A stretch of DNA of 64,000 bases from positions 55,493,121-55,557,120 of the forward strand of contig NC_092393.1 in NCBI RefSeq assembly GCF_030028105.1, read 5' to 3'. The stretch is from Mobula birostris. Its lineage: Eukaryota. A program made the translations under genes and the position numbers. This document shows, one piece after another, positions 22,635 through 34,864 of the stretch. The first letter of the stretch is position 1; every line of letters starts with the position of its first letter. The notes under the pieces were generated by a model. That model searched no databases. It saw nothing but the letters and a program-made list of their open reading frames with translations, and was not told the DNA's origin.

Positions 22635-25412
22635 ATGAGAGTCATAGACTGAGTGGACAGGCAGTGCCTTTTTCAGAAGGCCACAATGGGTAATAACAGG
22701 GTATGTAATTGAAAGGTGATTGGAGGAAGTGTAGGGAGGGGACGTCAGAGGTAGGTTTTTTACAGAGTGGTGGGTGTGTGGAACGTGCTGCCAGGGGTAG
22801 TGGTGGAGGCAGATACATTAGGGGCATTTAAGAGGTTATTAGACACACACATGGATGACAGTAATAGAGGACTATGTGGGAGGGAAGGGTTAGATTTATC
22901 TTAGCACAATATCATGGGCTGAAGGGCCTGTGCTGTGCTGTGAAGTCCTATATTCTATTTTGGGAATTCTGTTTCTCTTTACACTTTGTCAATATTCTTC
23001 AGTATAGAAATGGATCTCTGGGTTGCACATAAACACCGGTTTTCACTGTTTGATACACGAGAGAACAATAAGTCAGTTACTTACCTCGGTGACCGCTACA
23101 ATTACTGAGCTTAGACCAAACCTGGAACCTTTGTCCCACAAAGACGATGGTTTCACATGTTAGAAGTGAACTGTCCATTAGCAGGGCCACTGGCCAAGTG
23201 AGGATTATAGAGAACTGCATTCCAGTTCCATTCCAGGGCTCTCTGCTGCTTGCCAAGAGATTACCTCATAGGCACTGTCACGTCCGTGGCTGCCACAGTG
23301 ATCTGCTGGCTTTAACACCCCTCGTTAGTGCTCTTAGTCAGGCCACCTCCATCTGCGGCATTGCCCTGCATAAGCCTTGTCACTTACGCGGAATCGGCGT
23401 TCACCTCCTGGTCCTGGAGTTTGAGGCTTGCTTCAGAATTGCGCAACATTCCTGCATTGGGTGGTGGGGGGGAGGTGGTTCAGGCAGCTGGACTGGGGAT
23501 TGTCAGTGGCTGTGGAGGCCGAGGGAGGTCAGAGGAGAGGGCTGGTGGAGGGAACTGAGTTAGTGAGGGAAGGTTAATTGATGAGAGGATTAGAGAGGAG
23601 TTGAGGAAATTCTTTACATCCAAATGATTTTACTTATTTTATTGATAGAGCACGGAGTAGGCCTTTATGGCCCTTCGAGCCTCATCAAACCCCTACAAAC
23701 CCGATTAACTGTGACCTAATCAAGGGACAATTACCCTACCCGGTGTGCCTTTGGACTGAGGGAGGAAACCAGATCACCCAGGGAAACCCACACATTCCAC
23801 AGGGAGGACGTACAGAGACTCCTTACAGAACGGCGCCGGGATTGAATTGCGGACTCCACAACGCCCCGAGCTGTAATAGTGCCGTGTTAACCACTATTTA
23901 CTTACGCACTGCCGGTTATGCCACTGGCGTTTAAGCCAACAATGAAGGTCCTCTATCTCCGTCTGTCCTTACCGTCACACACAGACGTAGAAGGATTCTT
24001 CATTGCTCTTATTGTAACCTTTTTTTGACCATTCAGGGTTTTTAGCCCTAAGAACCCCCGAACCTTGAGAAAACCACTCTTAGTCTGGCCTCTGCCCTTT
24101 GACCTGTTTGCCATGGGTGACCCTACCAGGAGCCAAAGCACGAGGCCCTGACTCCAGCCGGCATAGCGCCCCGGGTCACTGAGGCACGCAAGCCTCCGAA
24201 CCACGACACGGTTGTGGTCTTCCTGGAGGGTTAATCATGATAACACGGCAGTTTAAAACTCTCCGCCGGAAGGGAAGTAGGAGCAGCAAATACAATCTTG
24301 TTTGACGGTAACTTGCAGGCTGTCCCCAACACATCCTTTGCTTATGTCGGTTGTTAACGCAAACGACACATTTTACCATATATTTCCATGTACATGTAAT
24401 GTGCATCTGAATTTGCTTTAAATTTGGAATGGAGTGTGGAGGTGGGGCACCGGGGGTGGGGGAGGGAGGGGAAGGTGATGGGTGTTTTGTCAAAAGAGAC
24501 CTCATGAGTAAAGAGCAGGAACAGGACTTGGGCATAGTACGAGGGAGGATGCTGAGTGGATTTATAATTCTATCAGTGCTGATGAATTGTAGTCACGCAG
24601 AGAGATTGGCCAGGATGGAGGCTGCTTTCTTTAGAACCTGCAAAGATCAGAGAGAAATGAAGGGAAACCTGAGTTTATTACCACAGTCATCATTACAAAG
24701 GGACACAGACATAATGAGGAACATCCTTCTCAGCAGACAACTTTTGAGTTGTCAGATATATAGCAAGATGCTAATTACAGACAGCTTTTGGACAACACAA
24801 GCCCATTCAATGTGCTCGGTTACTTTCCCTAGTTGATGGGAAACAACTAATTCCGCAGTAAACCATATCAGCTTAATGACTGAAGGTTTATTTGTCTCAC
24901 GTACATCAAAGCATACAGTGAAACACAGCATTTGTGTCAATGACCAGCACAGTCTGAGGATTGTGCTGGGGGCAGCCTGTCCAGTCCCAATATTGCATGC
25001 CCACAACTTACTACCCAAACAACTTTAAAATGTATTCCGGAGGAAACTGGAGTACCCAAGGATACACCATGTGGAGAGCATACAAACCCCTTACAGACAG
25101 CAACGGGAATTGAACCCAGGTCACTAGCGCTGCAAAGCATTACTCTAACTGCTTTTAATCAGAGATCAGACTTTGCTTAAAACACTGAGGCAACAGAACT
25201 AATGGCAGGAACTACAGCTACTTCTCCTGATAAAAGTAGAGCGGTTTTGTCAGCAAAATGCAGTGAGTGGAGGATAATCATATAGAGATTTTGGACGTAT
25301 AATCAGTCCCAGTTATTCACAGCAATGTGGGCTTGATGGGAACCACTTAGAAACCATGCACAGCCAACTAAATAAGTCAACTTTCACAATGCTTTGTAAC
25401 AAAATGTATAAC

Positions 25413-25418
25413 TTTATT
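25413..25418 (-). terminator. Candidate PPP1R27 polyadenylation signal (AATAAA)
   Basis: tttatt on the plus strand ~1.05 kb past the stop, with a U/GU-rich downstream region on the minus strand. Confidence 0.45.
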
Positions 25419-25554
25419 CATTTATAAATATACAAAGCATGGTCCTGTACATGTAACAGTATTCATAACAACTTCAACTTCTGGTAAAATACTCCAAGCT
25501 GCATTACAAAAGAATAATCAAACAGAGGTTGACAGTGAAGCAACCTATTATTAT

Positions 25555-25924
25555 TTTTTGACAGCTGCATGGACCAACCATTGCTCTGAGTGGGAAAACT
25601 GCATTGGCATACAGCGGCCAGCAGTTCATTAACAATGAGCTGCCAACTTCCATTCTGTGTTTATTGTTACAATTTGTAAATATTGTAACTTGAAACACTG
25701 ACAATGTAAATAGGTTAAATGTAGTACATTTGTCATTTAGAAAATTTGTGGATTATATTCATTAACACATAATTAATTACAGGGTATTTCACAATTAGAT
25801 TAACATAGATTTCAAAATTATATTAACATTATATAAAAGAAAATTCCAGCAACAAAGGCTATGTGTGCAGGAGCATTTGAGTTACTGTGCGGCCACGGAC
25901 CCACACAGCTTAGAGGGAACAGTG
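25555..25924. mobile_element. Non-autonomous hAT copy (same family as 19644-20960)
   Basis: Colinear with both ends of the 19644 element; terminus TTAGAGGGAACAGTG. Confidence 0.75.
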
Positions 25925-26462
25925 CAGTGAAAGATTTTTGGGGTCAAATGTATGGATAAGGAGGAAGGGTTTGAGGAGAGTGTTGAAGAAACAGGAAGTG
26001 TGGAGATTTCAGAGAGAACTGCAAATATACTTGGTAAACTGAGTTTAAAATTCAGTAAACACAAGTCACCAAAAAGATTAAAGCTTCACACTGGAATAAG
26101 TGAGGTTATTTAAGTAATACAAGTTACAACAGAACTGCCACAAGTTAAGACTCCGGTGCATGTAAGACTGGTTAATGGCCATGAGCTCCACAGTGGTCAG
26201 TCCATTGCAGGAAGTCGGAAATTTTGATCAGTAATCCTTGCAATAGAAACATTCGTTAAACTTCTTGCTAAAATAAAATTAATGAAACAACAACGCTGGT
26301 GAAACGAAGAAGTAAAGGGAATATACTCGGGGGAGTGGCGTGGGTCCTTGTCGAAGACCTCCTCCTTCCCTTGCTCTTCACAGTATGCTGCTTAGAGTAC
26401 ACCATCCACAAATCACTGCTGAGGATTCCAAGGAATCGCATTGCACAATTTCAGGCATCTCT

Positions 26463-26586
26463 TCAAACAGCCCCTCGGGGCCCGAAAAGCAACTGCAGCT
26501 CGACATCTTCTGGGTCGATCAGGTCTACGGGCAGCTCCCCATCATCATTCACTGAATCCGCTTGAGCTCCCTGGGACAGTAGGTAC
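26463..26586 (-). CDS. PPP1R27: PPP1R27 coding exon 3 (last)
   Basis: ccag|G acceptor; (K)YLLSQGAQADSVNDDGELPVDLIDPEDVELQLLFGPRGAV*; phase fits exon 2. Confidence 0.93.
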
Positions 26587-27847
26587 CTGGAAGGGTGAAA
26601 GGCAAAGTAAAACACTGCTACAAGAACAATTAAAGTGGAAACAATCATTTCTGCTTCTGTGCAGGTATAACCAGGGCTTCAAAACAAAGTTAAGTTTACT
26701 ATCACATGCACATGTGTACACATAAAGCCTACATAAAGTGGCCAGTCTGTCACAGGAGAACACCTCCCGACCACTGAACACATCTACAAAGAGCGCTGCT
26801 GCAAGAACCCCACGTCAAGGATTGTCAAGGACCCCACCACCCAGGCCATGCTCTCTTCTCACTGGGGCTGTCATGAAGGAGTTAGGTCCCACACTACCGG
26901 ATTCAGGAGCAGTTATTACCCCTCAAGCATCAAGCTCCTGAATCAGAGTGGATAACTTCACTCGCCACAACACTGAAATGATCACTGAACACAACCTATG
27001 GACTCACTTTCAAGGCTCATATTCTCGGTATTAGTTCTTTCTAAATTATTATTATATATTTTGTATTTATTCAGCTTGTCTTCTTTTGCACATTGATTGT
27101 TTGTCAGTCTTAGTTTGGGTGTAGTTTTCACTGATCCTATTGTATGTCTTTCTTCTACTGTGAATGCCTGAAAGTAAGTGAATCTCAGGGTTGTGTATGA
27201 TAACAAATATGCATTTTGATAATAAATTTACTTTGAACTTTCAACTACACAGGTGTAATAAAAATCTTTCTTGCTGTAGCATCGTGATGATATAATATTA
27301 GGGACACAACAATCATCAGGAAAACATAAATTAAGTGCAATTTTTTACAAGAAAAACACATTAAACAGAAGTTTTACAAAGAAGAATACAATTAGAAGAG
27401 AAAAAAAATAGTCCATTGTAGTACAAAGTGGTGATGGTATTATACTGATGCGATGATTGGGGTTGTACTGGCTGGCTCAAGAACCAAATGGTTGAGAGAA
27501 AGTAGATGTTCTTGAACCAGGTGATGTGGAACTTAAGGCTTCTGGACCTTGTGCCTGATAGCAGGTCCAAGAAGATGACATGGTCTGAATGTTAGGGAAC
27601 TGGAGCACCCAGGGGAAGCTCATACGGGGAGAATGCATAAACTCCTCACAGACAGACAGTGGCAGAAATTGAAACCAGGTCGTCAGTGCTGTAATAGTAT
27701 TATGCTAACCACTACGCCACTGTGCTGCCCAAAGGGTGGATGAGGAGGAACCACTAATGGACTGCCATACCCTGACAGATGATTTCTTAAAAAACGTTTC
27801 GAATGTCGACTTTCAGTTGTCAGTGTTAGGGTGAAGTTGCTCCTTAC

Positions 27848-27998
27848 TTTGCAATCTCTGTGTGCCCATCACTGCAGGCTATGTGGAGGGCTGTCCAGCC
27901 GTCCTCGTCCCTCTGTAGAACATCAGCTCCATACTTGAGGAGCAGCTTCACGCAGTCCAGGTTGCCCGTGAGGACCGCCTCATGGAGAGCTGCCATTC
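27848..27998 (-). CDS. PPP1R27: PPP1R27 coding exon 2 (ankyrin repeats)
   Basis: tttcag|...|gtaagg; (G)MAALHEAVLTGNLDCVKLLLKYGADVLQRDEDGWTALHIACSDGHTEIA(K); 151 nt. Confidence 0.96.
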
Positions 27999-28009
27999 CT
28001 GAAATTAAG

Positions 28010-29240
28010 AACACATAGAACATCATTTCACAGTGCAGGGCATTCAGCCCACAATCTCGTGCAGATCTTTTAACCTACTCCAAGGCCCTTCTAACCCTTC
28101 CCTCCTACATTGCCCTCCGTTTTTCTATCATCCAGGTGCCTGTATAATAGTCTCTCAAATTTCCCTAATGTTTCTGCCTCTGCCACCAACCTTGGCAGCA
28201 CATTCCTCACACCACTCTTAGTGCAGAAGAAAACCCTACCTCTGAACCACTACACGGTCCTCCAAACACCTTAACTTATGCCCCCTTGTGTTAGCTATTT
28301 CCGCTCTGGGGAAAAAATCTGTGGCTGTCCACTCAATGTATACCTCTTATCTTGAACACTTCCGTTCAGTCACTTCTCACCCTCTCCCTTGAAAGAGAAA
28401 AACCCGAGCTCACTTAACCTTTCCTCATAAGGCATATTCGATAATCTGCATCTTCTCTTAAGTTTCCACATCTTTCCTATAATGAGGCGACCAGAACTGA
28501 ACACCATGTTCCAAGTGTGGTCTAACCAGAGTTTTATAGAGCTGCAACATTACCTCACAGCTTTCGAACTCAGTGTCCCGACTGAGGAAGACCGATACAC
28601 CACACGCCTTCTTAACCGCCCTATCAACTTGCGCGGCAACATTGAGGCATAGATATCTGGACGTGGACGCCAAGATCCAGTGTTCCATAGATTTTTTTTT
28701 TCACAGCTGAACTGACCAACAATAGCCCTGAGCAGGATTTTTTTTTAACTCGGCCTGAAAGCTGCGCAGCACATCATTTAAGAGAAAATCCCAGCTGCGC
28801 GGCAACAAAGGCTATGTGCGCGGGAGCATTCCGGCTACTGTGCGGCTGCGCACCCGCGCGGCTTAGAAGGAGCAGTGCCCTCTGTTCCCTCTGTTCCTCC
28901 ACACTACTAAGAATCCTGCTATTAACCCTGTGTATTATCTTCAAGTTTTACCTTCCAAAGTGAATTACTTCACACACTTCTCTAGATTGAATTCCAATTC
29001 TCAGCTCAGCTCCGCATCCTGTCAATGACCCGTTCTAACCTCCAACAACCTTCACACTATCCACAACACCACCAGCCTTCAGGTCATCTGCAAACTTACT
29101 AACCCTCCCTTGCACTTTCTCGTCCGTCGTTTATAAAAATCGCAAGGAGCTGGGATCCCAGCACAAGTCCCTGCAGAACACCACTGGTCGGGCAGAATAC
29201 GCTCCATCTACTACCACACTCTGCCTTCTGATTGGTTGGG
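28010..29240 (-). mobile_element. Old CR1 3' portion interrupted by a hAT MITE
   Basis: Minus ORF VMLQLYKTLVRPHLEHGVQFWSPHYRKDVET. Confidence 0.8.
28678..28877. mobile_element. hAT MITE (same family as 19644-20960)
   Basis: Termini cagtgttcca... / ...ttagaaggagcagtg; interior colinear with the other two copies. Confidence 0.75.
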
Positions 29241-30069
29241 AAACCAGCCAATTAGATTGATTAATTTTCAAGGACTATTTACAACTCGCGTTCTCGGTAT
29301 TATTTTTATTTGTAGTTTGTCCTCTTGTACATTGGTTGTTTGTACGACTTTGTCCGTTTGTGTATAGTGTTTCGCATTTTGTCTCTTTTCCCCCGTTAAT
29401 GTCTGCGAGAAAATGAATTTCAAGGTAGCATATGGTAACATATGCCACATACATTCATAATAAATTGACTTTGAACTTTAAAGATAGTCAGAAACTTTTT
29501 CCCACGTGGAAATAGCAATCACTTCCACACAGCTTTGAGGTAAGGGGGCGGGGGTTTAAAGGAGCTGTGCGGGAAGAGCTATTTTTATTTTGCGAAGTGT
29601 GGTAGGTGCGCGGAGAGCGCTGCCGGGGGAGCTGATGAAATCACATAGGGACACATCGTTCAAGGGGCATTTAGACAGACACGCGAACAGACAGGGATTG
29701 GAGGGATATGGACCACGTGCGGGCAGATGGATTAGTTTAAAATGGCATCATGGTCGGTACAGACATTTGTGCCGAAGGGCCTGTACTGGTCTATGTTCTA
29801 AAACCTGCTCCATACCTTGGCCTTCTCACCTTAAAACACGCCCTCCAGAATTGTCTGGGATTACTATGCCCCGCTTCCCTTTACACACAAGGGCAAAGGT
29901 TTCTCATCTCCTCCGCAACACAAGACGAGGAGGTGCCCCTTAGGGAAATAACTCCCATGACACCAGAACCGGGCGCCTTTTCCAGCACCGAAGGCATCTC
30001 TACCACCCCCGAGGGGGCAACGAGTGACCAACCCCGCCCCCCAACAAAACTCTCGGATCAGAAACTCAC

Positions 30070-30250
30070 CAGACGGGTAGAGAGAGTCCAGCTTCACTTT
30101 GCCCGCTCTAATGAAGCGCCCGACCTGTTCCAGATCGCCTTGCCGAATGTGATCCTGAAATACTATATCGTTCGGGAAGCGGACGGCGCGGGTGGACTTC
30201 AGGCTGGCGGGAGCCACCGCGTACCTGGCCCGGGTCGAATAATACTTCAT
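30070..30250 (-). CDS. PPP1R27: PPP1R27 coding exon 1 (protein phosphatase 1 regulatory subunit 27)
   Basis: Kozak accATG; MKYYSTRARYAVAPASLKSTRAVRFPNDIVFQDHIRQGDLEQVGRFIRAGKVKLDSLYPS(G)|GTGAGT; RAVRF is an RVxF PP1-docking motif. The three exons total 456 nt = 151 aa + stop. Confidence 0.95.
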
Positions 30251-30340
30251 GGTAAGCGGTTTGGACGAAAGGGGATAACTGTAGATAACTCCTCGCACTC
30301 GGATCGGCGGTGAGAACTCCCGTTCGCTCTTGCGCACTTG

Positions 30341-30370
30341 CCTATATACCGCTGTCCGCTCTATTTATGG
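30341..30370 (-). promoter_or_regulatory. PPP1R27 core promoter: TATA box plus MEF2/CArG-like site
   Basis: Minus-strand GGTATATAGG at 30350-30341, ~90 nt upstream of the ATG; CTATTTATGG at 30361-30370 is one mismatch from both MEF2 CTA(W)4TAG and CArG CC(W)6GG. Confidence 0.6.
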
Positions 30371-32469
30371 GAACCTTGTCTCACCGACCGTGTGCCCCAC
30401 CTCTCTCCACACCCCCACCCTTCGGCGGTGGAGGAGTGGGGGAAGGGTTTAATAGCGAGTGACCCATTAAAGGGTATGATAAAAGAGACACGAGTTGCAT
30501 TTATGTAGCCGGTTTACGCTGGCACAAACTAGCCGGAGAGGAAGCCGGCGTCATCTCTTGTCCTGATTGATCAGGGCAGGGTCAGAAAGTGGCGGGGGTA
30601 GGATAAGAAGAGCGGGGAGGTTTGGGGAAGGGGGTCTCATTTATTTGACCCCCTCTTTGATTAGAATGGACGTGGAGAGGATGTTTCATATAATGGGGGA
30701 GTCCAAGACCAGAGGGCACGGTCTCAGAATACAAGGCGTCCCTTTAGAACAGAGATTAGGACGAATTTCTGTGAAATGAATTGCCACAGACGGCTGTGGA
30801 GGCCAAGTCATTTGGGTATATTTAAAGTGGAGGTTAATAGGTTCTTGATTAGGAAGGGCGTCAAAGATTATGGGGAGAAGACAGAAGAATGGGGTTGAGA
30901 GGGATAATAAATCAGCCATGATGGAATGGGGGAGCAGACTCGATGGGCTGAATGGGCTCGTTCTGCTCCTATATCTCATGGTCTTATGGAAGGCCAAAAC
31001 AAGTCATGGCAAGAATATTAGCCATCAGCAGCAAATAATCTGCCGGAGGAACTCAGCGGATCGAGCAGCGTCTGTGGGTGGAAAAGATCCTGATGCAGGA
31101 TTTCCACTCGAAACGTCGAGAATTCCTTTTCCTCCACGGATGCTGCTTGACCCGCTGAGCCCCTTCCGCAAATTATTTCTTGCTGCAAGTCCCCGCACCT
31201 GCAGTCTCGTGTTTCTCCAATATTAGGCCCCGCTACTTCCAGGGGCTTTGGCCGCGCTACTAAGCCTTCCTGAGTGACTTTGAGCTAACCGATATGCAGC
31301 GTCATTAGATTACCGCAACTGAGACCTCAGGGATGACCTTATGTCACAGAGCCCCAGTCAGGTTTCACGGTGTTGCAACAGTCCCTGTTTACAATTCAGC
31401 GTGTTGCCTTTTGCCTCACGTGTTGCAGAGCACAATCCGTAAATCCACAAGGGAACGATGAACCTGTTTTACCCAGCGGACGTACAACTGTGGTGGAACC
31501 CGCTGGTCAAAAGGCGGAGCAGGGTGTCGCTGTAAGATCAAGGCACGGCACGGGTGTGTAGCGGTTACTGTAAGATCGAGTTCAATTCCTGCCGCCGTCT
31601 GTGAAGAGTTTGTACCTTCTTCCCCTTGACCCTGTGGGTTTCGTCCAGATGCTTTGGTTTCCTCCTACATTCCAAAGACGTGCGGGTTAGGGTGAGTAAA
31701 TTGTGGCGCCGGAAGCGTGGCGAAGCGTGTTGTCTGTCCCCAGCACATCCCCGATGCATTTCATCGTATGTAACGATGTTGTGATGTACACGTGACAAAT
31801 AAAGGCAATCTCTCCTTAGTCTTTATTAAGATGAGACATAAACACCACAGCAGGGACCAAGTGACCTGTTTTGGGTTGTTTGTCCCGTTTAAGTGTCACG
31901 GGAGAAGGTACGAAAGGCCAGACTGATTGACCAAGAGATCCAGACAAGCGTTTCCCTGACCATCCAAAGGTTACGGTACAAACCTCCGTGCACGTTTCAT
32001 TCGTACATGAGGCTCTCTATTTCCATGTGTGAACTTGCAATGGATTTGAGTTGTTTGACACACGTACGCAATGGCTAACAAGAGATGTTTAACCCTGCCG
32101 CCCGCCTCCGAAACAGAATTTCACATCTCGGTATGGACGACTCGCCTTTCGACCGAGTTCTCGCATCCACACTGTAACCGCCCTCGGAAGTACAAAAGTC
32201 AAAGCGATAGAATACAATAAAACAAAAAAAAAGTGCGTTGAAGAAAGTTGTTTCTCTTCCCAGAATGCCGACCCTTCGCGTGCCTTTGTACTGTAATCAC
32301 CAATATCTGTGGAAAGTCTTCAGCGCAGTTGGACAAGCAAGGAAACAAGCTCTCTCAAGTTGATAGGGAGGTTAAGAAGGCGTAGGATAGGTCGGCCTTC
32401 ATTAGTCGAAGCATTGAGCTCAAGAACCGCGATGTTACATTGCAGCTCTATAAACGCCAACTCCAGTTA

Positions 32470-33590
32470 GAACATCAGAAAGTTTTTGACAACAGGCCAC
32501 AAAGCTTGCCAAATTCCTGTTCGCATAGTGCGTTGAAATAACTATTGAGTTTAGATTTGAAAGTCTCTAAGGTACTAGTCTCAACTACACAGCTAGGTGT
32601 CCATAACTCACTGTGTGAAGAAATGCTTCCTGATGTTGGTCTGAAATCTTCCCTTAACCAGTCTCCACCTGTGACCCCGTGTCCTTGACGATGGATTAAT
32701 TTTCAAGTAGCACCTGTCATCCAATTCTACCCTTAAGGATGTTGAACACTTCTATCATGTCTCCTCTCATTGTACGTCTACTTAGACGAAAAAGATTAAT
32801 TATTTCAATCTTTCTTCATAGCTCATACTCTGCAGACCTGGAATGAGTCTGGTCGCCCTTCTCGGGACCCCCTCCAGCGCCTTGACATTCCTCACACAAA
32901 ATGGAGAACAAAATTGTACACAGCACTCAAGGTGTGGGCTCACAAGCGCATTATACAGCTGAGAGAGAACGTCTCCTGACTTGAACTCCTCTCAGCGTAT
33001 GATATAGCCCAACAATCTGTTAGCCTTCCTGATCGCTCTGTGCGTTGTCTAGATGTTGATAGCGATGAGTCTACCTGGACGCCCAAATCCTTCTCACACA
33101 GTGCACTTTCCAACTCAATACCCCCCACTGTAGATTTATAGCTAACACTTCTACTTCCTATATGTAATACTTTACATTTATTTACATTGAAATTCATCTG
33201 CCCATATTTGGATTTTGTTTAGATCTAACGGAATTGATTCAGCTGTCCTACTAATCAATCAGCCCGTCCCACTAATCTTGTGTCTTCAGCAAACTTTACT
33301 AGTTTATTTGTTATGTGCTTATCCAAATCATTAATGTAAATTAAAAACAGCAGCGGACCCACAATCGATCCCTGCGAAACCCGACTTTTAACATCTTCTA
33401 GGTGTGAAAATTATCCTCTCACCGTACCTCGTCGTTTTCTGATTTTGAGCCATTCGCACACCGCAGTCTGAACCCTTACTTCCTGTAATTTGATTATTAA
33501 CCACACATGGGACACCTTGTCAAAAGCCTTCTGAAAGTCCAAGTAAACGATATCGACTGCTCTTATGTTATCATAAATTTTAGTTGCCCC
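32470..33590 (-). mobile_element. CR1 LINE fragment (distinct, older family)
   Basis: Minus ORFs VDIVYLDFQKAFDKV and MNFNVNKCKVLHIG..EKDLGV. Confidence 0.85.
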
Positions 33591-33670
33591 TTCATAGCAT
33601 TCCAGCATAGGCCTCATCATCGGAAGGATGTGAAAACTTCAGAGGGGGTGCGGAGGAGATTTACCAGGAT

Positions 33671-34015
33671 AACACACACAAAACGCTGGAGTAACTCAGC
33701 AGGTCAGGCAGCACCAATAGAAATCGATAAACAGTCGACGTTTTGGGCGAGGCCTTTCATCAAGACTGGAAAGAGAGATGATCGGTGAAGTGGTCAGGAA
33801 AGGTAAAGGGCTGGAGACTCTGATTGGAGAGGAGGGAATCCAGGGGAGGTGATAGGCGGGTGAGCAGAGGTAAGACACCAGAGTGGGGAATAGAAGAGGA
33901 GAGGCGTGGGAGAGATTTTTTAAACGGAAAGAGAAATCGATATCCAGGTTGGAGGCTGCCCAAACGGAATGCAAGGTGTTGCTCCTCCTTCCTGAGGGTG
34001 GCCTGCGTTTCCATG
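33671..34015 (-). mobile_element. Penelope-like element 3' fragment: GIY-YIG C-terminus followed by pLTR
   Basis: Minus ORF ATLRKEEQHLAFRLGSLQPG resembles the R..E...I..L.TL.P.G.N endonuclease tail of Neptune-type PLEs, then a pyrimidine-rich spacer and the degenerate hammerhead/pLTR repeat. Confidence 0.75.
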
Positions 34016-34864
34016 AACCGCGCACTGAACTGGATGAATCCGAGGATGACACACCCCTATCTTCTCCAGCACTCAGACACGTTCTGTTATTCCTGTGGTG
34101 TGGGTCTTCAGTTACTAGACTGGGGATCCAGCAGACGGGTGAGCTAATAATTGCGGAAGGTAAGGAGTTAACCGAATGATCCGGAGTCAAAGTTCAAAGT
34201 AAATTTATTATCACCACATGCAACCCTGAGATTCATTTTCTTGTGGGCATACTCAATACATCCGCAACAGAATAATAATCATAATAGAATCAGCGAAAGA
34301 CCGCACTGACTTGGGCGTTCAACCGGTGTTCCAAAAAAATAGAAAAAAGAAGGGAATAATACATAAATAAATGATAAACATGAGATGAAGAACCGCTGAA
34401 AGTGAGTCCATAGGTTGTGGGAACGCCTGGGTGATGGGGCAAGTGAAGGTGAGTGGAGTTATCCTCTTTGGTTCAAACGTCTGATGTTTGAGGCGTAATA
34501 GCTGTTCCTGAACCTGGTGGTGTGAGTCCTGAGACTTCTGTACCACCTTCTTGATGGCAGCAGCGAGAAGAGAGCGTGGCCTGGGTGGTGGGCGTCCCTG
34601 ATGATGGATGCTGCTTTCCTGCGTCAACACTCCATGTAGATATGCTCCATAGTGGGGGGGGGGGAGAGTTAGTTTTACCCATCATCGACTGGGCTGTACC
34701 AACTACTTTTTGTAGGGTTTTCCATCCAGGGGCATTGGTGTTTCCATACCAGGCTGTGATGCAGCCTGTCAGCACACATCCATAGAAGTTTATCAACGTT
34801 TCAGATGTCTCTTCGAATCTTCGCAGACTCCGACGCAAGTAAAACCAGCATTAATGAAAATGGC

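Larger units (their letters stand above)
19583..22960 (+). mobile_element. Old CR1 3' portion hosting five later insertions
   Basis: CR1 coding remnants at 19583-19643, 20961-21213 and 22635-22960 join colinearly once the inserts are removed. Confidence 0.75.

Noticed and set aside
29750-30313. 187-aa plus-strand ORF
   Set aside because: Antisense shadow of GC-rich PPP1R27 exon 1; no recognisable domain.
29864-30337. 157-aa single-exon version of PPP1R27 with an N-terminal extension
   Set aside because: It starts at a GTG a few bases from the TATA box and reads through a perfect GTGAGT donor; the ATG at 30250 fits better.
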